Assembly (NCBI GenBank): GCA_018920255.1
Contig: JAHLMR010000002.1
Span: 1 to 63,498, forward strand
DNA length: 63,498 nt
Source of the DNA: Candidatus Aenigmatarchaeota archaeon
GTDB lineage: Archaea; Aenigmatarchaeota; Aenigmatarchaeia; Aenigmatarchaeales; JAHLMR01
Direction of reading: 5' to 3'
Part shown: piece after piece, positions 57,498 through 63,498 of the stretch
Numbering within the stretch: the stretch's first letter is position 1
Layout: each line of letters starts with the position of its first letter
Notes under the pieces: model-generated
What the model was told of the DNA's origin: nothing
Databases searched by the model: none
What the model saw: the letters and a program-made list of their open reading frames with translations, nothing else
Made by a program: the position numbers and the translations under genes

Positions 57498-58658
57498 ATG
57501 ATTAAGGACATTAATTTATTTTATTTTTATAATAGTAGAGGAGAGCCAAGCATTAAAACTGAAATTTTAACAGAGAACGGAATATTTTCTGCTATGTGTG
57601 GTACTGGAAAAAGTAGAGGAAAATGGGAGAAGAAAACTTTTAATGTTAAAAATTCTATTGAAAATTTTTTAAAAATAAAAAAACAATTTTTAGGTATTTC
57701 TGAAAAAGATTGGAAATATTTTGATTCATTGCTTGAAAAACAAAAAAATATAGGTGCAGAGCTAACCACCCCATTATCAATATCTTGTTTAAGAGCTGCA
57801 ACAAAAAATCAAATATATAATTTGTTTGAAAAAAAATCATTTAATTTTCCCTATCCTTTATCTAATGTACTTGGTGGTGGAGCACATGGAGGAAGTACTT
57901 CTATACAAGAATTTCTAATAATTCCATCTAAAGCAAAAAGTTTTCCTGAAGCAGTTTCTTTGGTTATAAATGTATGGAAATCAGTACAAAAAGAATTTAA
58001 GAAAAAAGGATTTATAGCAGGAAGGAATGATGAAGGGGCATGGCTTACCCGTGAAAATGAATTAAAAACTCTAGATATGCTTTCAAAAATAACAGAAGAT
58101 TTTGGTTGTGATATAGGATTAGATTTTGCTGCAACACAATTTTATAAACACGGATTTTATTACTATCCGTTTCTTGGAAAAAAATTTAATTCTGAGCAAC
58201 AATTTGATTTTGTTTTAAATTTAATAAAAACATATAAATTAAAATACGTTGAAGATCCTTTTCATGAGAATGCATTTTCTAGTTTTTCTGATTTAAGAAA
58301 AAGAGTTGGAATTTGTATTTCAGGAGATGATTTATACTGCACTCAACCAGATAGAATTAAATTAGGTGTTGCAAAATCTTCAACATCTGGAATAATAATA
58401 AAGCCAGACCAAGCAGGTACAATATCAAAAACATTAGAAGCTATAAATATTGCAAAAGAAAATAATATGGATATAATAGTATCTCATAGATCTGGGGAAA
58501 CCTGTGATTATTTTATTTCAGATTTTTCATTAGCTGTTGATGCAAAATTTATAAAATGTGGAGTTGGTGGTGGGGAAAGAATTGTAAAATTAAATAGATT
58601 AATTGAATTATGGTATAAACTTGAAAGGCCTAAAATGGTAAAAATAAATTATTTATGA
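57498..58658 (+). CDS. eno: enolase (short, divergent N-terminal domain)
   Basis: NSRGEPS, GGAHGG, EFLIIP, VEDPF, SGDDL, IKPDQAGT, SHRSGET and IKCG...ERIVKLNRLIEL motifs. 386 aa. Confidence 0.75.
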   Translation: MIKDINLFYFYNSRGEPSIKTEILTENGIFSAMCGTGKSRGKWEKKTFNVKNSIENFLKIKKQFLGISEKDWKYFDSLLEKQKNIGAELTTPLSISCLRAATKNQIYNLFEKKSFNFPYPLSNVLGGGAHGGSTSIQEFLIIPSKAKSFPEAVSLVINVWKSVQKEFKKKGFIAGRNDEGAWLTRENELKTLDMLSKITEDFGCDIGLDFAATQFYKHGFYYYPFLGKKFNSEQQFDFVLNLIKTYKLKYVEDPFHENAFSSFSDLRKRVGICISGDDLYCTQPDRIKLGVAKSSTSGIIIKPDQAGTISKTLEAINIAKENNMDIIVSHRSGETCDYFISDFSLAVDAKFIKCGVGGGERIVKLNRLIELWYKLERPKMVKINYL

Positions 58659-58668
58659 GGTGAATTAA

Positions 58669-59445
58669 ATGAAGGAAACTGAAATAAAAATATTAAAAGA
58701 AGTTAAATTAAATAATCCTATTTTATTAGTAGGTCTTCCAGGAATAGGAAATGTTGGAAGAGTTGCAATAGGATATATGGTTCATAAATTAAATGCTGAA
58801 AAGTTTGCTGAATTATATTCTCCATCATTTTATCCTTCTGTACTTATTCATAACAATGCAGTTCATTTATTAAGAAACGAGTTTTATTATTGGAAAAATC
58901 CAAAGGGAAGAGATTTAATACTTTTAATTGGAGATATGCAAACATATGACCCTAAAGCTCATTATGAAATTGCTGGAAAGATTGTTGATTTTGCAATTTC
59001 ACTTGGTGTAAAAGAAATTATAACAATAGGTGGTTTTGGTACAGGTACAATAATTAAAAAACCAAAAGTTTATGGTGTTTTAGGAAATCAAAAACTAATT
59101 CAAAAATATAAAGATTATGGGATAAACTTTAATGTATCAGATAAAATTGGTATGATAATAGGAGCTGCAGGTCTAATAGTTGGTTTAGGAAATTTAAAAA
59201 ATATTGATGGTATTGTGTTATTGGGAGAAACATCTGGTATACCAATTTTAACAGATCCATCAGCTGCTGAATCTGTGTTAGAGGTTTTACAAAAAATTAT
59301 AAATATAAATATAGATTTAACTGAATTAGAGGAAAAAGCAAAAGCTATGAATGAATTTATTAAAAAATTAGATGAAATTCAAAGACGTGCTTCAGAAGAA
59401 ATACAAAAAGGTAAAAAAACAGAAGAAGTTACATACATAGGGTAA
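58669..59445 (+). CDS. PAC2-family proteasome assembly chaperone-like protein
   Basis: PILLVGLPGIGNVGRVA N-terminus, ~258 aa with an acidic/coiled C-terminal tail. Confidence 0.7.
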   Translation: MKETEIKILKEVKLNNPILLVGLPGIGNVGRVAIGYMVHKLNAEKFAELYSPSFYPSVLIHNNAVHLLRNEFYYWKNPKGRDLILLIGDMQTYDPKAHYEIAGKIVDFAISLGVKEIITIGGFGTGTIIKKPKVYGVLGNQKLIQKYKDYGINFNVSDKIGMIIGAAGLIVGLGNLKNIDGIVLLGETSGIPILTDPSAAESVLEVLQKIININIDLTELEEKAKAMNEFIKKLDEIQRRASEEIQKGKKTEEVTYIG

Positions 59446-59450
59446 ATTTT

Positions 59451-59879
59451 ATGACAGAAAAATATATTGAACTTAAAAAAACATATAAAGAATTACCAGA
59501 TATAGAATGGATAGAAACTCAATTTGGAATATCAGTACAAGAAAAAAATATTGTTGAAATAAATTTAGAAATTGCTACAAAAATAGAAGAAATAATAGAG
59601 ACCTTAGAAAATCTTTTGGTTGTTAAAGAAAGCTATAAGTATTTTTTAGAGCATAACTTTTTAGATAAATCAGATAAAGAAAAAATATATAATTGTTTTA
59701 AATCTTTTAATTCGCATATTTGGAAATTTTATTCAAATTATATAAATGGTAATATTAAAATGCATGTTAACTGGATTTTAGAAACAAAAAATTTATTTGA
59801 AAAATATAAAAAGAATTTAAGTGAAGTATTTGAAAAATTAGGTTTAAAGTGGGCTGAAACAAAAGAAAAAATTGAATAG
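59451..59879 (+). CDS. hypothetical protein (142 aa)
   Basis: Helical ORF tightly following the PAC2-like gene. No motif recognised. Confidence 0.45.
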   Translation: MTEKYIELKKTYKELPDIEWIETQFGISVQEKNIVEINLEIATKIEEIIETLENLLVVKESYKYFLEHNFLDKSDKEKIYNCFKSFNSHIWKFYSNYINGNIKMHVNWILETKNLFEKYKKNLSEVFEKLGLKWAETKEKIE

Positions 59880-59944
59880 AAAGTTTTAAATAATAGTTCG
59901 TTAAAAATATTTTTAAGAAAAATAAAAAGGAGAAAAAATTAAAA

Positions 59945-60367
59945 ATGTTTGGCCCGCACTTAATGCTTGAACTTTATAATTGTAATGAAAATATTTCTAA
60001 AAAAGAAGTAATTGAAAAGTTTCTTTTAGAGCTTCCAGAAATTATAGATATGCATAAAATTTCAGAGCCAATTATTATCGAATATTCTGGACGTGATGGA
60101 AGTTTTGATAAGGGAGGTTTTTCTGGAATTATTTTAATTGCAGAAAGTCATATAACAATTCATACTTTTAATGCGCAAAAATATGCAACAATTGATATTT
60201 TTTCATGTAAAGATTTTGATACTTCTAAAGCTGAAAATTATGTTAAAGATTTGTTTAAGCCTGAAAAAATTGAAAGAAATTTTATTATGCGCGGTAAAGA
60301 GTTTCCAAAAGAAATTTCTCATGCAATAAAAATAATAAAAAGACAAAGAAATAAAAAATCTTTATGA
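59945..60367 (+). CDS. speH: pyruvoyl-dependent S-adenosylmethionine decarboxylase proenzyme (SpeH/SpeD class 1)
   Basis: AESHITIHTF self-cleavage motif and IDIFSC. 140 aa. Confidence 0.85.
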   Translation: MFGPHLMLELYNCNENISKKEVIEKFLLELPEIIDMHKISEPIIIEYSGRDGSFDKGGFSGIILIAESHITIHTFNAQKYATIDIFSCKDFDTSKAENYVKDLFKPEKIERNFIMRGKEFPKEISHAIKIIKRQRNKKSL

Positions 60368-60837
60368 AAATTTGTGAAAAAATCTATAAGAATTGGATGG
60401 AAAAAGAACAAGAAAGAAAATTTTCTGAAATATTAAAAGTATTAAAAATTTCTAAGAAAAGTAAAATTTTAGATGCTGGTTCTGGACCAGGAATTTTAAA
60501 TAAGTTTATTAACTGTTTTTCTGTTGATATAGATTTAAAATCATTGAAAAAATTTGATGGGAAAAAAGTTTTAGGAAATATAGATTATTTACCGTTTAAA
60601 GAATGTTTTGATTATGTTTTTTGTATTGATGTAATTCATTTAATTAAAAATATTAATGAATTAGAAAGGGTTTTAAGGAAAAACGGAAAATTAATAATAG
60701 GACATTTTTGTAATAAATATAATAATAAAGAAATTTTTGAAAAAATTAAAAAAATATTTAATTTAAAAATTGAAAGAGAATTTCTAATTTTAGGAGAAAA
60801 AGAATTAGAGGCTGTTATAATTTATAGAAAATCTTAA
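60364..60837 (+). CDS. small class I SAM-dependent methyltransferase-fold protein
   Basis: Motif I ILDAGSGPG. 157 aa. ATGA overlap with speH. Confidence 0.7.
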   Translation: MKICEKIYKNWMEKEQERKFSEILKVLKISKKSKILDAGSGPGILNKFINCFSVDIDLKSLKKFDGKKVLGNIDYLPFKECFDYVFCIDVIHLIKNINELERVLRKNGKLIIGHFCNKYNNKEIFEKIKKIFNLKIEREFLILGEKELEAVIIYRKS

Positions 60838-61818
60838 AAATGCAGCTATACCACCTAAATTTAAAAGTTTCTCCCCGCTTTCATGCTCTGAACTAACTAT
60901 AATAACTTTTGCACCAAATTTTTCTGCTTTTTCTATTAAATTTTCATATTCTTTTACTTTATCTTCTACTATTAAAAGAGTTTTAACTGCATTATTTTCT
61001 ATTGCATTTTCAACATTTTTTAGTCCATATTCTACTAATCCTGTATTTTTTGCTAATTCTGTAAAAAAATTTTCAATAATTTCTGTTTCTAAGCTTATTC
61101 TACTTTCTTTAACAATTTTTTTAAGAAAACCAGATTTTAAAATTTCTTGTAAGCCAGGCTTTCCTGTGTGGGGTGTTGAAGTATAATATATTTTTTCTTG
61201 AAACCCTTTATTTTCTATCCATTTCTTAAAATTTTCTTTTGCAAAACCAGGGCCAGCAATAACAAAATATTTTGCTTTTTGTTCTTTTAAAACAGAAAAA
61301 ACTTTTCCAAAAAATTCATTTTCTCTTGATTCACTTAAACCCTTTCCTGTACCTGGGGATTTTATTCCAGCAATATATTTTGATTTGTTTGTTATTAACC
61401 AAATATCTGCTTCTATTTCATCTAAAATACAAACTATAATTGGTTCTTGAATTATTTCTGCTGATTTTATTTTATCTATTTGCCAAGATTTCCATTTTTG
61501 TTTTATTTTAAATTCTTCTAAAGGTTTAATTTCTATAGTATGCCAGCCTTTTTCTATATCTTCTGGCCCCTCAATTATTTTTCCACCTAATCTTAATCTA
61601 TTTCCTTCAAATTCTATTTTTTCTAAAGAAATAGAAAGGGTTATAGTTCTTTTTCCTACTTTTTCTTTTTCTTCTCCTCTTTGAACTATTATACTCCTTT
61701 CAGTTTTTGCTGTTATTATAGCATTTTTTTCTAATATTTTTGTTAATATCCATAAATCATCCTGATTTTCTGGTAATATATATGCTATATCATGTTTTAA
61801 ATCAAACTTTGATTTCAT
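60805..61818 (-). CDS. pelA: Pelota (Dom34) mRNA surveillance factor
   Basis: PENQDDLWIL, GPGFAKENF, GGIAAFLRF motifs. Confidence 0.85.
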   Translation of the reverse strand: MKSKFDLKHDIAYILPENQDDLWILTKILEKNAIITAKTERSIIVQRGEEKEKVGKRTITLSISLEKIEFEGNRLRLGGKIIEGPEDIEKGWHTIEIKPLEEFKIKQKWKSWQIDKIKSAEIIQEPIIVCILDEIEADIWLITNKSKYIAGIKSPGTGKGLSESRENEFFGKVFSVLKEQKAKYFVIAGPGFAKENFKKWIENKGFQEKIYYTSTPHTGKPGLQEILKSGFLKKIVKESRISLETEIIENFFTELAKNTGLVEYGLKNVENAIENNAVKTLLIVEDKVKEYENLIEKAEKFGAKVIIVSSEHESGEKLLNLGGIAAFLRFSINYNSL

Positions 61819-61859
61819 ATGAATAGTAAAGATTTTTATTTATTAAAAACTTATTATTT

Positions 61860-62660
61860 TTGATAAAAATGCCAGAATTTGCAAGAGTTTTAACTGTAGC
61901 AGTATTATCTTTAATAATGTTATTTATAATTTTCAGTGGTAATATTTATTTTCAAAAACCACAAGAATATTATGTAAGTGGTGAAGAGTTAAGACCTCAA
62001 TATTCTAAAACAATAGATTTAGGAAGTTTTAATGTATATTTTAAAGAAAATAAAATAGTTCCTGTTAATTTTTATGGTGAAATAAGAAAAGGCTTAATAG
62101 AAGATGTTAGTAAATGTTTTGAATTTAGTTTATCTAATTTAGAATCTATTAGTTCAGGAAGAATTGAATTTTTTGTTAAAAACACAAATTCTTATGGAAA
62201 TCTTATTTTTGTTTTAAACAATAAAATAATTTATAATAAATTAAAATATATAGGCCCAGGAAGTTTTGATATAAATGTTAATGATTTGAAAAAAGATAAT
62301 TTGTTTTGTATTAAAACAGAAAGTCCTGGATTTAGATTTTGGGTATCTACTGTTTATTGGCTTGATTTACAATTAATTTTAATAGAGCAAAATTCAAGTT
62401 ATAGTAAAATATTTGAATTATCAGAAAATGAGCTTTCTAATATTAAAAATGCTGTATTAACTGCAGAAGCTATACCGCGTTCTGAAGAAATTAAAGATTT
62501 TATAATAAAATTTAATAACGAAACAATTTATTCTGGCAAAGATTCAAATTTATCAATCCAAATTCCTTTAAATTTATTAAAAACAACAAATAAAATTGAA
62601 TTTATAGCAACAGAAACCCCCTGGTCAATCCTTGACGCAAAAATCGAACTAAGTGGATAA
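61860..62660 (+). CDS. membrane-anchored hypothetical protein
   Basis: N-terminal TM and a beta-rich ectodomain. The ATG at 61869 is the likely start. Confidence 0.45.
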   Translation: MIKMPEFARVLTVAVLSLIMLFIIFSGNIYFQKPQEYYVSGEELRPQYSKTIDLGSFNVYFKENKIVPVNFYGEIRKGLIEDVSKCFEFSLSNLESISSGRIEFFVKNTNSYGNLIFVLNNKIIYNKLKYIGPGSFDINVNDLKKDNLFCIKTESPGFRFWVSTVYWLDLQLILIEQNSSYSKIFELSENELSNIKNAVLTAEAIPRSEEIKDFIIKFNNETIYSGKDSNLSIQIPLNLLKTTNKIEFIATETPWSILDAKIELSG

Positions 62661-63318
62661 TATGGTATTAGGTAAAATTATAGGAAAACAAGCAAAAACA
62701 AAAGTGATAATTTATTTTATTATTTTAATTGTAGCTCTTATTTTAGGCGTTGTTTTTTCATTATGGTACCTTACTGGTGCATTAATATTTTACATATTTT
62801 ATGACCTCCTTCCAAGCGAGAGGTCTATAATTCATAGATTAAAAACAGAAAAGATGATGGAACAAATACAACAAGCACCACAAAAAACATCTACATATGA
62901 AACTCGTCATGAATTACCTTCATACCCCATAACATCACCTCCATCACAATTACAAGCACAAGCACCATTAGAAGAAATGGAACCCTCAGAACAACAAAAA
63001 TCATATACAATTAGTTATGGAACACCCTCAGAACAACCACAAGAAATAAAGGACTTACTAATAAAGTTTAATCAGATTATATCTGCAATGAATCACGCAG
63101 AAAGTATAGAAAAATTAGATAAACAGTATAATGCAGGAACGTTTGTACTTGAGGAATTAAAGAATAAAAATTATAATGAGGATGAATTACAAAACCTTAA
63201 AAGGAAATTACAATTAACATATAATATTATAAAAAATAAAATATCTTTTAAAAAAGTATCAGAAGAAATTAAAAAGGAAGAAGAAGAAGAACAAAAAAAT
63301 AAGCCGTGGCAGGTATAA
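62653..63318 (+). CDS. membrane protein with a P/Q-rich linker and a charged coiled C-terminus
   Basis: Two N-terminal TM helices, then a PSYPITSPPSQLQAQAP low-complexity region. The ATG at 62662 is a possible start. Confidence 0.45.
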   Translation: MDNMVLGKIIGKQAKTKVIIYFIILIVALILGVVFSLWYLTGALIFYIFYDLLPSERSIIHRLKTEKMMEQIQQAPQKTSTYETRHELPSYPITSPPSQLQAQAPLEEMEPSEQQKSYTISYGTPSEQPQEIKDLLIKFNQIISAMNHAESIEKLDKQYNAGTFVLEELKNKNYNEDELQNLKRKLQLTYNIIKNKISFKKVSEEIKKEEEEEQKNKPWQV

Positions 63319-63382
63319 ATTTTTCATGAAAATCAAGAAGAATAAATTTCAAAAATTAAACCCCAACCCCGTGTGAGTATGT

Positions 63383-63498
63383 ATGGTAGAAACCGATATA
63401 GAAGAAATTGAAGAAGAATTAAGAAAACATTCTGGAATTATATTAATAAAATTCATTATCAAATTTATTATTATAATTTTAGTTGCATGGCAATTTTG
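63383..63498 (+). CDS. 5' end of a membrane protein gene, truncated by the window edge
   Basis: MVETDIEEIEEELRKHSGIILIKFIIKFIIIILVAWQF... remains open to the window end. Confidence 0.3.
   Translation, partial: MVETDIEEIEEELRKHSGIILIKFIIKFIIIILVAWQF

Noticed and set aside
57498-58658. Short enolase as a possible pseudo-enzyme
   Set aside because: Although the N-terminal domain is divergent (GTGKSRG instead of SGASTG), the metal-binding and catalytic landmarks I can read are present: D in DFAAT, E in VEDP, D in GDDL, K in IKPDQ, and SHRSGET. It is most simply an ordinary, compact enolase.
1-63498. Mobile elements, prophage, CRISPR-Cas or known defence systems
   Set aside because: I could recognise no integrase, transposase or recombinase motifs, no terminal inverted repeats, no spacer-repeat arrays, and no hallmark defence genes. 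The only repeat structures are the 1.1-kb duplication and the 78-bp coding repeat.

Overview
This is a strongly AT-rich, densely coding archaeal chromosome segment. The gene content points to a small-genome, DPANN-like archaeon, but that is an inference. It carries these parts in order.

- **Protein N-glycosylation island (1-10147):** two GT4 genes, GT2, a GT39-like gene, a polyprenol-P GT, AglB and a beta-CASP RNase. It is bracketed by a ~1.1-kb direct duplication.
- **10153-31375:** RtcA, a NOG1 GTPase, two unannotated micro-ORFs, a pilin-like pair, HisRS, a MacB-type ABC transporter with a CARDB-like exported protein, ACD-alpha, an Lhr helicase, PolB, MetAP, a histone, small exported proteins, and CDC48 plus DUF3467.
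- **Classic archaeal exosome superoperon:** RadB, SBDS, Rrp4, Rrp41, Rrp42, L37Ae, RpoP, Pcc1, prefoldin-beta.
- **37016-48035:** DHH phosphoesterase, SRP54, TrmY, a presenilin homolog, Pus10, L21e, a PIN-ATPase-KH protein, ThrRS, DedA.
- **Split str cluster:** S12-S7-EF2 / EF1alpha / S10, with lineage-specific genes inserted between the pieces.
- **56341-63498:** eS26, a TrmB-family regulator, enolase, PAC2, AdoMetDC plus a small methyltransferase, Pelota, and membrane proteins.

Three tRNA genes are present, and all three are interrupted. Leu(GAG) has a ~30-nt insert in the T-arm. Gln(UUG) has a canonical 37/38 intron. Ser(GGA) has a 129-nt highly structured insert in the T-loop.

Other notable items:
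- a 78-bp tandem repeat inside a frameshifted JAB/MPN gene
- a decayed CDP-alcohol phosphatidyltransferase remnant
- two perfect palindromes sharing ACTAC-N4-GTAGT
- a promoter core reused in front of each str fragment

I saw no rRNA, CRISPR array, transposase or integrase. All calls rest on reading motifs by eye. No searches were run.
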